NCBI RefSeq assembly: GCF_009914755.1
Contig: NC_060937.1
Reading direction: 5' to 3' (one strand)
DNA from: the human T2T-CHM13v2.0 reference genome, Homo sapiens
Length of the DNA stretch: 64,000 nucleotides
The notes under the pieces are model-generated. The model did no database searches and had not been told where the DNA came from. It was given only the letters and a program-made list of their open reading frames with translations. Below, piece after piece: positions 11,011 to 26,520 of the stretch. Every line of letters starts with the position of its first letter. Within the stretch, counting starts at the first letter, position 1. Both the position numbers and the translations under genes were made by a program.

Positions 11011-11675
11011 CTAGGGAAAAAGAGAGAGAGAGAAGTCAACACATGTCATTTCTCATCCCTGTGCAAAAATTCATATAGTAACCAAAATCTTAGTTTTCAT
11101 AAGAAATTCCAAGTCATACAAAAATAAGTGGAGCAAATATCAATGTGTAAGTCTAATTTTAAAAGAATGCATATAAAGACTGAGAAGATCATGATTCTTA
11201 CACAAAAACTCCAGAGCATGTCACCAAAAACCAAGAATGGGTTCAGCCTCCCTGGAGAGATGTGAATAAAACGGGAAATCATATCCCTTTTACTTACGAT
11301 CAATTGTCAAAAAGTGAACATTGATCCATACATGATGACACAGTAAGATTCCAGGGATGCATATGCATTCCCGATGTGAGGGCAGGAAACCCATTTTGGC
11401 CATAAAAATAGTGATGCAGTCCAAGAATCTATTTCCTACAACTGCTTCCGAAATATGGTCCAAAGCAGGAACAACGTGTCTGCACAAAGATGTCTCTCGG
11501 GATTTTCGTAATTACACTAATTTGGAAACAACTCTGATGCCCAACAGTACAGAATCAGTTAAGTAAATTATACAAACTGAAATAACAGACTAAAAATGGT
11601 AATTATCTGTATTTACATATATATATTAAAGCAATATTAAAAATATGTACAAGTTTAAAAGTACATACAAAATTA

Positions 11676-11851
11676 CAGATTGGGCATCCCTTATCTGAAA
11701 TGCTTCTGGCTTTGGATCTGGGAATATCCGCATTATACTTACCAGTGTGCAGCCCCAAATCCGAAATCTGACATGCCCCAGAGAGCAGTTCCTTTGAGCC
11801 CCATGCTGGCGCTCAAAAGTTTCAGATTGGGGATTTGGGATATTCAGCCTG
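11676..11851 (+). mobile_element. Tigger4a/MER46-like TcMar MITE
   Basis: TIR-like ends cagattgggcatccc...gggatattcagcctg flanked by TA on both sides. Confidence 0.7.
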
Positions 11852-12799
11852 TATATGTGCACTATATAAGTATATTTACATGAACAACTTCTGTATCCTA
11901 AATTAAGTACTATAGAAATTCTAAAAAATCTTCTTTGCACTATAAGGTAGATAAGAGAATTCAGTAAGTTTATGACCTGGTATGACAACAGAAGGCAATG
12001 CACCCAAAGATGCTGATGAGATTTGGGCTACAGTGGTGGGATCATGGGTAATTTCTGTGTCTTCCAAAAATTCTACAAGATTGTCTTCAGAAGACAACAA
12101 AGGGTGAGAACGGGGTCCCCTCATGACCACAATTCCCTCAACCATTTTACAACAGACTCCAAATCACAGGTCCAGGAGAGATGGCTGAGGATGTCTTTGA
12201 CCAGGCTTATCTCAAACGTTCCAATCTAGAGCTCCTCTTTTCAGGCATTTGAAATACTTGGCATCTCTCCCAGAGAACAAATGGTTACATAAGGTCCTCC
12301 CAAAAGCACACATTAGCCACGGAGCCTAAGACTCAACTATCAAGAAATACAAATGACTAAATCACGGGATGAGTTGATGTCACACAAAAGAATCCAAACA
12401 TTAATTCCAGCTGAGACAGAAAGGCTCTGAAAATGCTTCAGAGGAGAGGCGGCTCTCATTTTTCCTACAGCCATCCACTGAAACAACATGTTTGGAGCAA
12501 AACTGGCAGGAAGTCTAAGCCATGGCCACCGTGGTTTTGGCAGCCATCGGGGTGAACGCTCAGTGGGAGCTTCAGGAGCAGGGAAGGAAGAAGTGGGTAC
12601 CACAGCCAAGCCTGCAGAGAGATGATAAGCACCTCAAGAGGCAGCTCATCTGAGGACAGAGGAGGAAAGAGGGCACTCCTCATCACAGACAAAGGAAAGA
12701 GAGCACCAACTTGGCTTCCCCCATGCATCACTGCAAAGTAAAGTTTTAAACACAACACAGACATCAGGTAGCTACAGACCCGCCCGAGGGTAAATAGGG

Positions 12800-13395
<596 letters not shown>

Positions 13396-14967
13396 TACAG
13401 ATCAACTTGCCTTAACAACTAAAAGAAGAGGAACAGAGAGATAGGGGCCTGGGAATGGGAAACGTGGATCAGTTCAACACATACAAGCCACACACTCTGT
13501 GCCCTGGAGCTGCCCTGGGGAAATCAAGTCACGTATATAAACAAACAGTTCATAACAATTTCAGGCAATTCTGGACAGTGTGGAAAGTATTGGTTTTAAA
13601 AGTAATACTACAAAAGCAGAGAGCAAAATGCCCAACAAGACAGTAACAATCCTACCCGTTTCTGGTTTTGTTCTATTTGTTTTATTATAAAGCTCTTTCT
13701 AATGGGAAATAAATGCCTCTAGAATGAGGTATGTGATGCTAAGTTTGAGAAATCAAAAAGTTTGTGTTCAGGCAAAAGATGGGTGACTTTTTAATTCTAT
13801 TTTCCTTTATTCCTATATTGTTTTTAGTATCAAAGGAGGGAGGGATCGTCCTTCAATTGCCTCAAAATTGAAGGCAGCCAAGTAGATCATTTTTATTTTC
13901 TAGCAACTTAAAAAGTTGAAATGTCTTACTAAGAAACCCGAGTTCAGAAGCATAAACGTGAAGTATCAGAACTGTGGTTTTCTCCTGCTGTCCCCACGTA
14001 GAGGGGCTCTTCACAGGACAGTAGGCAGCCCCTTCAATCACTTCCAAATAGCAAAAGGGACCTCACGTGTGCAAAACTTCTTTATGTACTGTCAGGTGGG
14101 ACGCAGTCTCAGGAAAGACCCAGAAATCCCCCTCATGATCACAGAGTCTCAGCCAGCTTTGGGAGGTGTCAGCCTGGACACCTGAAGATGAACTGTCAAG
14201 GCAGCAGCACGCCTGGTCCTCCTGGGGGTGTGGAGGACAGCCCAGTGACAAATCACCCTCAGGTCACACAGAGCGGCTTCCCAGCACACATCCACTGCCT
14301 CCAAACGCCTGCACTTGTGCCAGATGGCAGTCAGGAGGGGCTTGGTTCCCATGGATACTCCTACAACAAGTTGGGAGGGGGCAGGGAGGGCAAAACTGTC
14401 ACCCCACTGAGTCCTCACCCATAGTGCATTCAACAGGTGGGGCCACTGGGCAGGGACAAAAGCTCCCTACAGGCTGGCACAGATGAACCCCTACCAAGGA
14501 GGCTTCCAGACATGACACACACAGCTAACACAGGGAACACACCTGCGCCCGCTCCCGCTGAGTTGACCACACCAAAGCTGCTGTCATTTCTCACACTTGA
14601 CTTTAAAGCCGAAAACCAGATAGATAGTTACACACATCTGGCTAAGAACGATCATTCTCTGGCCAATAATTAAGCTGCATAATTAAGAGGAAACAGGTAT
14701 TTCACCACCACCCTGTATTTATGTGGCAAAAGCTACAAATGCACTAAGTCCTGTGGGCTTTCCAGTAGTTTCCAGATTCAGATCCTTCATTCACATTGAT
14801 TTCTAGAATTCAGAACAAAGTCTCCTCTAATTCAACTCTGTCTACCCTGAGGCCTGCAAGATAACAGGAACAGACAGGCCAAGAATCAAGTACCAAACTC
14901 ATCAACTAAGTCCCAGCCCAAGTGCAGGTCTCTCCTTCCCCAGCCCAGAGGGGCCCTGGGTAGTTAC

Positions 14968-15104
14968 CTCTGGAGCCGCTGCACGAGCTGGGCCACCATG
15001 GTGTCGGAGATGCCAGGGCACGCCTCCTCCGCTAGGTAGATGGCCCCTCGCAGCTCTTCAATGGACCCCAAGTTCCCTCCGCACGCCTGGCTCTTCTCCT
15101 TCAA
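14968..15104 (-). CDS. STK24: STK24 exon 10: LKEKSQACGGNLGSIEELRGAIYLAEEACPGISDTMVAQLVQRLQ(R), C-terminal dimerisation/CCM3-binding region
   Basis: tttcAG acceptor, GTAACT donor; 137 nt. Confidence 0.97.
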
Positions 15105-15136
15105 CTGAAAACACACGAACAGGAAGAATGGCATGA

Positions 15137-15677
<541 letters not shown>

Positions 15678-16614
15678 TAGCTCTCTGTGTGCCTTTCCCA
15701 AGTCTCACCGTGATGGACTGTCCTCTCTGTGCTGTTTTCCTATTTCAACCATAACCTTGTACCAGAAAAGCAATTTCAAAGCCTATCCTAAGTTATTCTG
15801 ATCTCAACACTGCTTACTTCCTAATGTTAATGGGTTGGTTCTTAAACTCCAGCAAACTGCCTTTGTGATCCAGAGTAGAGTCAAAATATTTGATTTCATG
15901 TAAATAAGTGGCAGCCTTAAATTCTGGGAATCTCCAGTGTCCTTCCTGGCACCTCTACTCCCAAGAGAAATCACAACAGTGCCTTCAGACACTTCCCTCA
16001 GTTGAAGGTCAACTCCAAGTCTCTCTCTGGAGGCCCAAAAACGTGAACTGTGAAAATAAGAGCTGTTCAAGTCAAGATACAGCATGGCTCAGAACTCAAC
16101 AGAAGAGGCTCTTTGTGATGGACACCGCCTCCTCTTCAGGGAAGAAAGAAACATCTCAGGCGACATTCAGCTTGGTTTTCAGGTTGTTGAACACATGCTG
16201 TCATTTCCAAACCCAGCCCTGCCCTAAGAGCAACGGCTTCTCTCTTCGCTACTGAAGGGGCAGGCAGGAACTAGAAGGGTCTGACCTTGGAGGGCCAGTG
16301 GGTGTAGAGAGCATTTGTTCCTGAAGTTCTTGCTGTCACAGGGCCACGCCGCCGGCCCCGAGGCGGCCACTCGTGTTTGTCTAGGACTCCCAATCACTTG
16401 ACAGTATTTACAAGTCCCGAGAGGGTCAGCTACAATCCAGCACTCTCCCTCCTGCCCATGCCCCGCCCCTAAGTCTCAAAGAAGGAGCAAAGGCGGCAGA
16501 AGGGCCGCCCTGGGAGAGGGCCTGTCCCCTTGCCGTGTGGAACGTGCTGGACCCATCACTGACTTCAGGGAGCAACCTGACCTGTGCTCCCTGAAGGAAA
16601 GCAGGGACGCCAAC

Positions 16615-16712
16615 ACCCGTCTCCTCAATGTCCTCATCTGTAAGCATGGGGATATAATCCTTCTACTGGGCTTCTACAAGTATTGTATGAAATAATACAC
16701 AATAAACACTCT
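16615..16712 (+). mobile_element. MIR remnant
   Basis: tcctcatctgtaagcatggggatataat core. Confidence 0.5.
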
Positions 16713-18177
16713 GAACTCTAGGGTAGCAAATATCATTCTTAAAAATACATTGGGAAAGATGCCTGTGAGTTTAGCAATTGGTTACCTGGAAAATCCAGGA
16801 TATGACGGCGTTTAGGATATGTCCTGAATAATTATGTCAAAGTTGCTTCATGGGCCCAGTAAAAAAATAAACAGCCTCAGGAGAATGAAAAAGTCCATGC
16901 ACTTTCCCTAACTGCCTGACTGACCCTATTCCAGCGGCCAATGGCAGGGCCGCAGGAGCACAGCCTGGAAATCCCACGGGGCCAACTCCCATGGGACAAA
17001 ATGAAGCGCAGGATGGCGCTCAACCCGGACATCCTAGTTAGGAAGAACACAGGTGCCCAGAACCATGAGCCAGGGCTGAAGCCAGACATCATCCAGCAGG
17101 GCCTCCGCGTGCCCTGTGGCTTCCCCGACACCAGCGGGCTCGGCTACTTCCCACTTGAAGCTGCAGGTGAGGCCTCGGGCTCTGGCCACAGCCCTGCTCC
17201 CACCGGGCCCTGAACTTGCCAGGTCAGAGGCCCTCAGACAAACCCTCCAGGGCACCTGCTGGGCAGGGCAACAGGTGAAGGCTTATTGGAGGGCTGGGAA
17301 GAGGCACTGGCAGGACCGTGGCTGGCCAGGCACGGCCCATGGCCGGGGGTCCCCCGCTGCGTGACGCAGGCACAGGGGAGGAGAATGAGCTCCTATGACA
17401 CTTCCTCTCCTGAGCACCTCCCCTTCAAGGACCAGGACCCCTAAACACAGCCGCAGTGGAAAACTGCCCAAAGAGGGAAGATCCCCACGCAAACAGATGC
17501 GTGTGTGGCCCACAGTGAGTACCTCAAAGGCAGCCTCAGCCAGGAAGGGGCACAACAAGAAAAGAGGGGACTTCCAACTTATTTTCAAATCCGCTACTAA
17601 CCAGATGCAGAACAATCTTCATTCTTATAAAGCCTACTTTTGAAAATCTCTCAAAACACGGCCACGGGAGCACTTTCCTCTGGGAGGGAGAGGCTGAGCA
17701 GGGAGTGGGCGTGGGGAGGCCCAGCTGGGAGCACAGCACTGCTGAGCAGAGGAGGGACTTCAGTGAAACATGTGGCTCAGGGGAAACCGGAGGACTCCAG
17801 GGCATCCAACGTCTCCTTAGAAGAAAGAATCTACTTTTCACATGGCCAGAAATTGGTCTGAGGCAAAGAGAGCAGGCTGTACACAATGAGATTTGCTAAA
17901 AAGCAGGGCAACGGGTGACACAGGGTCTCGGGCTGGGTCACTGTCATCCAGTCTACACATTCCAGGCTGCGGCGGAGTGGGCATCACCCAGGACAGGGGA
18001 GGCGCAAGGTGGTGCCTGACGCTGACAGCCTTTGGGAAGGCACCATGCAGGCTTTCCGAGCCTTTGCCAGCTTGTCTTAATGTCCCCAACTCTTAACTGG
18101 CAACATCACCACTGAAGTGTGTCCAGCTTCTCCTTCCCCCTCCCCTCCCACTCCGAAAAGGCCAGCCAGGTACCTAC

Positions 18178-18246
18178 CTCTGCAAACAGAGGAGAAATAA
18201 TTGTAGATAAACACTGAGAGAAAGGCCTCTTTGGGATGTCTTTCAT
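18178..18246 (-). CDS. STK24: STK24 exon 9: MKDIPKRPFSQCLSTIISPLFAE
   Basis: ccccaAG acceptor, GTAGGT donor; 69 nt, phase 0-0. Confidence 0.96.
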
Positions 18247-18563
18247 CTTGGGGGAGAGGGAAAAAAAGGTCATCAGAAACAGTTGACGTTCACATTGGCA
18301 ATAATGCAATAAACCTCCCACCTGGACTATGGAAGCGCAGGAGTTGCCTCTACACTTCACGCTGAGGAAACACCCTCTGCGCACCATAACATCTGAAGGA
18401 GACTATCGGCTGCCTCTCACTAGACTTCAAAGTTTCATCTGCAGTGACATGCAAAACCCACGCACCGGGGAAACCAGCATCTGGGTTCCATGTGGAAGGG
18501 GACTCTGTGTGGGCACAGGCGGTGAACTGCCTCGTCTTGCTATCTACGCAGAAGTGCTTTACT

Positions 18564-18852
18564 GGTTGGGCGTGGTGGCTCATGCCTGTCATTCCAACAC
18601 TTTGGGAAGCCGAAGCAGGAGGATCACTTGAGCCCAAGAGTTTGAGACCAGCTTGGGCAACATAGTGAGACCATGTTTCTATTAAAAAAAAAAAAAGTTT
18701 TAAATAAACTGGGCGTGATGTCACATGCCTGCAATCCCAGTTACTCAGGAGGCTGAGGTGGGAGGATCACTTGAGCCCAGGAGTTTGAGGCTACAGTGAG
18801 CTCTGATGGCACCACTGCACTCCAGCCTGGGCAACAGAGACCCCGTCTCAAA

Positions 18853-18883
<31 letters not shown>
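18564..18883 (+). mobile_element. AluJ with A/(AG)n tail
   Basis: Dimeric Alu; TSD aagtgctttact / aagtactttact. Confidence 0.93.
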
Positions 18884-19579
18884 AAAGTACTTTACTAATG
18901 AAACCCTGGAAATAGAAATCAGGTCAAGATTGGCCATTCCAATGGCTGTCTAGGACAGAGACCGAGTTTCTACTTTTGCAACCTCTATTTGGACATTTAA
19001 CACCTGTTCACTTATCAAAGCGGGACTTGTAGGATCAACAGGGGACAGCCACTGGCCCACCCTGCCTGAAAGAAACTACACCACTATGCTTTACAAGACC
19101 CTAAATATATGGCCTTTCATAAATTTAACAGGCATAAAACCAATTAATCAAAATTGTTTTACATAAATATCAAAAGCAATGCATTTACTTATAAGGTCCT
19201 TAAAACTCAGTCACAAAATTATGATATGTATGTAAGTAACCGCAACATGCACAACAGTCCCTCAGAGCTATGAAGTCATTTCACGGGTCACCCCCAAACC
19301 CCATGACATTGCCACATCGGGACATCCTAACTCAACAGCAGGGCTGCAGAGAGCAGAATAGAGTGGCACAAAACAGACCAGAGGCCAGACTCCCTGGTGT
19401 GAACACCTGGATCATCAGACAGAACTAAAGCTCTTCATCTGCCCATCCCCTAGCAACAAAATTCCAGGACAGCTGCCACAAAGGACCCCAGCCGCACCCA
19501 CAGCAAGCTTCACACACAAGTGCCTCCAAAACACTGCAGACTGAGGTCAGCGTGGCCATTCTGGAGTGAGCAGACGTAC

Positions 19580-19703
19580 CTTATTTCTGTCCAAGTCCGA
19601 TGGCTGAAGAGCTCCATTCTCGAGATTCTTGGGATCTTTTTCTCGGATTGTGAAGATCCAGTCCCCAGAATCACTGCCCCCCGAGGCTTGGCCATCTGTT
19701 TCC
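19580..19703 (-). CDS. STK24: STK24 exon 8: (A)ETDGQASGGSDSGDWIFTIREKDPKNLENGALQPSDLDRNK, with caspase site AETD/G and WIF motif
   Basis: gttaAG acceptor, GTACGT donor; 124 nt; absent from the ORF track but read manually and phase-consistent. Confidence 0.95.
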
Positions 19704-21495
19704 CTTAACACAGAAATGCAGGAAATCCCATCAGTGCTCGCACACCTGCTCTGGGGGCGCTGGGACGTTCAGGGGGAGGCCGCCTGGGGACCTCTAAACC
19801 CACACCCACCAGCCCCAAGTCCCCACCCATCACACCCTTGTCCAGTCCCTCTGGGATTTCCCAAAGACCCCCCCGCCTCCTCCCTCACAGAGAAGAGACC
19901 ATCGGGAGGTGGTTCCACAACTCCCTGGCGTGCCAGTGTGTGCATGCCCACCCTCCTCCTCCTCCCGGAGAACACCTCCCCCACCTCCCTGGGAGCCCAT
20001 CTCTGGGACATCAGCTTCTCTCTGCTGGGCTCCTCCTCTCACCAGGGAAGCAGATGTCCCTGTGTTGGGTGTGGTGGCTCATGCCTGTCATTCCAACACT
20101 TTGGCCTCACCTTGGCCATCTCTCAGCCCTGGTTCTGGGATTCACACTCACTGCCTCTATTTGGTACCCTCCACTCGCTCCAAAGCCCACCCGTGTCCCT
20201 CCGAGCGCTCCCTCCCCCATCATGAGATGATGGTGTGCTGATCACTCCCTGTCCTGTATGGGCCTCAGAGGCAATGAGCCCCAGGCCCTGCTGATCATCC
20301 CCTGATGCCTGTGGCCCCATTAAGCCTGCACCTCCTCCCGCCCCTCGGCCATACCTCTCCCCTCTCACTCACAGGCGGAGCCTCACCCTCACACCTAGGG
20401 GCCAGCCTCACTCCCCCACATGCCCCGACTGACACCCTTTTTTCTCTCGGCTCAAGTGACCTCCACAGAGCAGTGGCCCCTAAGCCCGCTTCACCTGCCC
20501 AGCTTTCTCACCTGAACTCCACACCTCGGTGCCACTTCACACTGGACGTCTCTCCTGGACAACTCAGACTCACACACGGTTCACCCCACACTTGGCTTCC
20601 CGCACCACACATCACAACACCTGGTGCCACGCTGCCCCAGCCTGGAACATTGGCTTCCCTCCTTCACCCAAATCCACCGCCGCGTCCTGGCTCTCCAAAC
20701 CTCTCTCCAGTCTCTTTCTCTTGTCATCCCTGTTGCTACCCCAGCAATCTCCCAATGGCAGTACCTCAAGAACTTCCGGGGGCAGTGGTCTCAACCTTGG
20801 CTTTAAACTGGAATCACCTAGAGACCCTGAAAAACCACTTAGGGTCTCATCCCCGGAAATCCTCATTCAACTGGCCTGGCACATGGACCTGCACTGTGGG
20901 CCAACTTTAACTTCTGCCAAGGCATGCACGAGAACAGACGAGTCCCACGCTCGGACTTCCAGACACAAGTCTGCCCGACCACCTCCCCCAGCCCTCCCCA
21001 CACAAATGGCTCCAGCCCCACTCCGCCTCTTAAGCCAAGGGAATTCCTAGATGCCAAACTTGACAGCAGTTCTCAGTAAGCCACTCCTGGTACAGAAGCT
21101 TCTACCAGACACAATACAGAATCACAAACACATGCATTTCTGGCCTTTCAGACATCCATGTAAAGCAGTTTCACCTGATCAGGGTTTTACAAACAGGAAG
21201 TTTAATGGAAAACAGAACAGAACAGAACGAAACAAAACAGAATGAAACAGCCAGGTCCAGTTCCCCATGCACAGCTCTACCACAAGAGTTCACTCGCAGA
21301 AACTCCACCAGCAACGTCAAGAGGCTAAACAACTCCCAAACAGGCCCAGGCTGTGTCTAACACAACAATTGCCACCAACCTGGATTGTCTAAAAAAAAAA
21401 AAAACTCAACAGAAAACGAAACCCACACCAAACAGTGACAAAGACCAGCGGATCCCTCCCACACACATGCTTGGGTCGCTCAGGGGCCGACTTAC

Positions 21496-21641
21496 GCGTC
21501 GGAATCCTCGGAGCTCGAGTCGTCATGGCTCTGCTCGGCCTTCCATCTCTTGTACCTGTCGATGAGCTCGGTCAAGTAGGAAGTTTTCTTTGCATTGCGT
21601 AGTATAAACTTGTGCTTCAATAACTCCTTAGCAGTGGGTCT
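21496..21641 (-). CDS. STK24: STK24 exon 7: RPTAKELLKHKFILRNAKKTSYLTELIDRYKRWKAEQSHDDSSSEDSD(A), kinase subdomain XI, basic NLS and acidic linker
   Basis: tttccAG acceptor, GTAAGT donor; 146 nt. Confidence 0.96.
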
Positions 21642-21940
21642 CTGGAAAAACACACCCAACAATTAAAGTATGAGATGAAGTTCTTGGTCCTACCCCAAAG
21701 GACAGACTTCTGCCTCAAAATGTCAACCGCCACACTGACACCTGATGGCTGGACTCTCTACTCCACAGCGCTTCTCACTGCAACTCACCCAAAGACGAGT
21801 CGCTCAGGACCTACGCCTGGGCTCTGGGTGCTATGGTGGGCAGGGCACTGTCTTTCCAAGGATGTCCCTAATAAATACATTTTCACAGAAAACTCTGCAC
21901 AGAGCTTCACAGGGATCATTTAAGAGAGCTTAAATGATCT

Positions 21941-22295
<355 letters not shown>

Positions 22296-22300
22296 TTAAC

Positions 22301-22607
<307 letters not shown>

Positions 22608-24179
22608 TAACTTTCTGTATTAACGTTTGGCCACATCCAACCATATAATAGAAATGTCAATTTGGAATTATCTCAGAGAAACTGGAAAGGAGCCAGGAGA
22701 TCCCCTTTTTCCTGTCTGCTGAAAGAGCAACTGGATGCGCTTCACCACCAACTTTCCCGGTTTAGAAGGGCTATTTCCCAGGTCCCTCCCTCCCTTCCCT
22801 TGTGATTGGGCTGAGGACTTCACCCATGCCCTGGGCTCAGCATGGCCACCGCAAGCAGCACCTGGTCAGCTGCCTGCCTTGAGGATGGCGATAGTGACAG
22901 GGAATGTGCTTCCCAAGGAAACCAGCATGGCCCAAATGGGAACAGACAGCAGGAACACCCAAACACCGAGTCGAACCAAGTTCCCACTCACTCCAAATTA
23001 CAAAAGCTTGATTACAAGAGCCAAGCATGTTTTCAGATTCAAACTCATGAGAAACGTGGATCACCTCAAGTATTCTCCCTCCCTGTCCATCCAAGGGTGA
23101 AACCCCAACTACCCCGGAGGTGCTCATATTCTCGCCTCTCAGCCAGCTCCTCGGTAGCTGTGGGGTGGAGCTCTGTGTGCTGGGGCATAAGCCCATACAG
23201 GACACATGCTTTGTATGGGAAGACATGCCTGCACACATCTCCACTGGTGCTGGTGCATGATGGCTGCAAGAAACATCATCGTGTAATAAAATGCAGAGCA
23301 TCGTGGCATGCAGGACAAGCCCCACCACCACCCGATGCTGATGTAGTCATCAAACACTGGTGTGGTGGTCTCAGCCTGCATCTCCTTAGACGTACTTAGA
23401 AAATGTTGCATTCCCCATTTAATTCCTTTACCAGAACTGGCATATTAGGAAACCATGGTGCTCTTGTAAAAGTAACCACCCATTTTTACATAAGAGTTAA
23501 GAAAAGGGGGGCTCAGCTTAGCCTTCAGCTAACTCTGCTGGAAAACTCAGAAACAAAACAAGGACATATGGTGCTACCTCCAACACCAACACACACACAC
23601 TACTTTCAAAGAAATGTCCTAATTCAGACAGAAAATGAGGCAAAGCCACACAGTCGTTACTGCTGTATGGCTCTGCCAGAGTCTATTAAACCTAAAAAGA
23701 GAAAGTAGGCAGGAAGGGGAGGGGAAGAAGCACAGAGGGTGGCTTGGTTATATTTTCTAATCTTTTGTTTCCTAACACATGCCACCTGGAAAGTGAAAAC
23801 ATTTACTTTAAAGACATATTTAGCCATTTGTTTCCAGCTAACCTTTGCCATTATTAAAAACAGTGTAACAGTTTATGGCCTGATCTTCTATAAATATTAA
23901 ACATTTATGATTCCACATTTAATATTAAGGAGAATATTCTTCAGATTCAATGAAGTATGAGATGGCAGAAATCTAAAAGAAAATAAGGAGATTTTTAATA
24001 CTTAAAAATTAAAATGTATTTGCAAACCAAAGAAGTCAATCATACTTACTTAGAAAAAGAAAAATGAATAATACCAGGAAGACAGCTGAAAAGAGTGATT
24101 AAAGCAATCCCAACAGGATGTATCTCAACCAAGTCAAGCCGCACATGAAGAGGTACGCTGTGATCCCTGGGAAACTTAC

Positions 24180-24365
24180 AAAGCTCGGCTCCTTATTCAA
24201 ACAGGCCTCCACAAACTCCTTGAGGGGTTTACTGTAGTTTCCTTCCAACGTCGGTGGGTTGTTCTTTGGAATGAGGAATAAAACTTTCATGGGGTGCAGC
24301 TCGGAATGAGGTGGTTCCCCTCTTGCAAGTTCAATAGCTGTTATGCCCAGGGACCAGATGTCTGC
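24180..24365 (-). CDS. STK24: STK24 exon 6: [62 protein letters not shown], kinase subdomains IX-XI
   Basis: ttgcAG acceptor, GTAAGT donor; 186 nt, phase 0-0; DIWSLG motif. Confidence 0.98.
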
Positions 24366-24784
24366 CTGCAACAAGAAAAGCATCTTTACAAACACCAAGC
24401 AGGAATCTATTCCAATACACAGTATTTAGGGGGAAAATGGTAACATGTCTCAATACTTCTGAGGTTTTGAAAAAGGTATTTTTAACTGATATTTAAAAAC
24501 ATAAGCCCTCGCTGTAATTTCAAAAGAGACAACAGGAGAAACTGTAATATGCCAAATGTTTTCTGCCTCTACATGGAGATGGCTTATCAATTCACTCCTA
24601 CTACGCCTCCTGCTGGATGCATTCGGCATTCCCCGTGGAGTCCCGGGGGCCAGCAGGACCAGTAAGAGAGGTGAGCAGAGAGGAGGAGTCCGGAGTGGGT
24701 GTACGCTCGCGAGTCACCCCCTCCAGCAGTGCTTAGAACTTAGGGCACAGCTCTGAGGTCGAGAGTGGGCACCTTGGTCTCAAG

Positions 24785-24885
24785 ATACCTGGGTTGAAAT
24801 GCCAGTTCTACAGTCAAAGTCCTGTGACGTTAGATGAAAGAGCTAACCTCTGAGCCCTGTTTCTCTCATCTGTAGAATGGAGGTG
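24785..24885 (+). mobile_element. MIR remnant
   Basis: cctgggttgaaat...aacctctgagcc...ctcatctgtagaatgg. Confidence 0.55.
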
Positions 24886-24939
24886 GAAGAGGAGGAGGTG
24901 GCCATGTAAGGTGCCTTACCAGGGGCCCAGAACTTAAAA

Positions 24940-25420
24940 AAGTTTATTATGAAAATGTTCAAACATACAAAGAACTGAGAAATATTAATATAATGCATCC
25001 TCATCTACCTATTGCATGAATTTACTAATTAACATTTTGCCATACGAGCTTTGTCCATGTGTTCCCCGAGTATATTTTAAAATCAATCAGTCATCATGAC
25101 ATTTTCCCCCGAGTATTTCCGTGTGCCAATATACAGACTTTTTACTACCTATCAGTGCCTGAAATTAACACGAATTCCTTAATGTCATGTATAATTAAAT
25201 GTTCTCAGCTGTTCAAAAACTGTCATTCCATGGTTGGTTTATCTGAATCAGGATCCAAAGTCCACGGGGTACAACTGACTGCCAGGTCGCTAAGGCTCTT
25301 TCAACCTACAACAGTCCTGTCCCCAGTCTCCCCAGGGACATCAACTTAAAGAAACAGGTCCCAAATTCGGGATTTGTCTGGTGGTTTCTTGCTGATGTCA
25401 TTTACTGTGTCTCTCTAGTG
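24940..25420 (-). mobile_element. Old L1M 3'-region remnant
   Basis: tttattatgaaaatgttcaaacatacaaa and aacattttgccata motifs. Confidence 0.5.
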
Positions 25421-26520
25421 TCTGCATTTTCTGCCGAATGTCCCAGAGGAGACATCTGCAGAAGCCGTGTGGCCCCACTAGGACATCTCAGGTCCAGCTG
25501 CCCCACCTCCTTCTGCCCAGCACAGGCCTGTGGCACAACCAAGCAGTTAGGCAAAGGAATGAATTCCTTGAATGTGTCATGTCAATGAGAAGAGCCAGGC
25601 CATCCTAAGAGGAACTTGACAGCTGATGAGACATTGACAGCATGTGACACCAATCCCCAAACAGGACAGAGGCCGACAATGAGGCAGGACATAGTCCTAT
25701 ATGGGCTGGCGAAAGACGAATGGGGACTGGGGTAGAGAACACGCCTGAGTCTGGTACAGCTTTCCTGCTGTTCTCACTGTGCACTGGAATCCATCATTAT
25801 TCCAAGAACTTCAGTGAGAATCGAATACATCTCTCACACTCACTCTACAGCAAGGAAATGCATAGGCGGAAGCATCGTTGTGGCTGCAGGGTGCTTTAAC
25901 TATCCAGAGGATACACTTACCATGTTCCTGCAGCCTTAGTGAGTACCAGAAATCCCTACTGGAAGCCCCCAAGCCCAGCAGTCCATGGGAATGATGCCTA
26001 CGGCATATTCTATTTCCTTATTCTCAGTGAAGATGAAAAGCTGCCAGCAAGTCTTGTTCTAAATTCTTTCTACTAAATCTTGTACTGAAGGGGTCAGTCT
26101 AGAAGAGCTGACGTTGGAAGTAATACTATTTTCCTTCCCTCTACAACTTGGACTCTGCTTTATCTTGCATTGCATTATCTTAAAAATCAGCAGAAATGCA
26201 ACTGATCCCAGTCTCTTGCCCCTAGGAGCAGGGAAGCAGGTGCATGGGAGCACAGGGTGGGCAAGCACCCAGAACTGTGGCAGCGACAGGAGGACAGGAG
26301 TGAGCAGGCACAAGGAGGGAGGACCGAGGAGGGGAGAGGCAAGAACAGAGGTGGCAATTGTGACTCTTGTGTGGCAGCGGTTCTCCACACCAACAGGTGG
26401 CTCTCAAGTTTGTGTGATTCCACATCTGTCTGCTTCCCCCAGGCCTCTCAGATTTCATTACAGCTACTGCTGTTTTCAAAGCATGCTGTCTCCTGGCCAC
26501 ACAGACCCAGAGCCTTCTCA

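Noticed and set aside
19629-21050. Several 170-200-aa Pro/Ser-rich ORFs
   Set aside because: C-rich decayed L2/MER5-like intron sequence; partly antisense to exon 8
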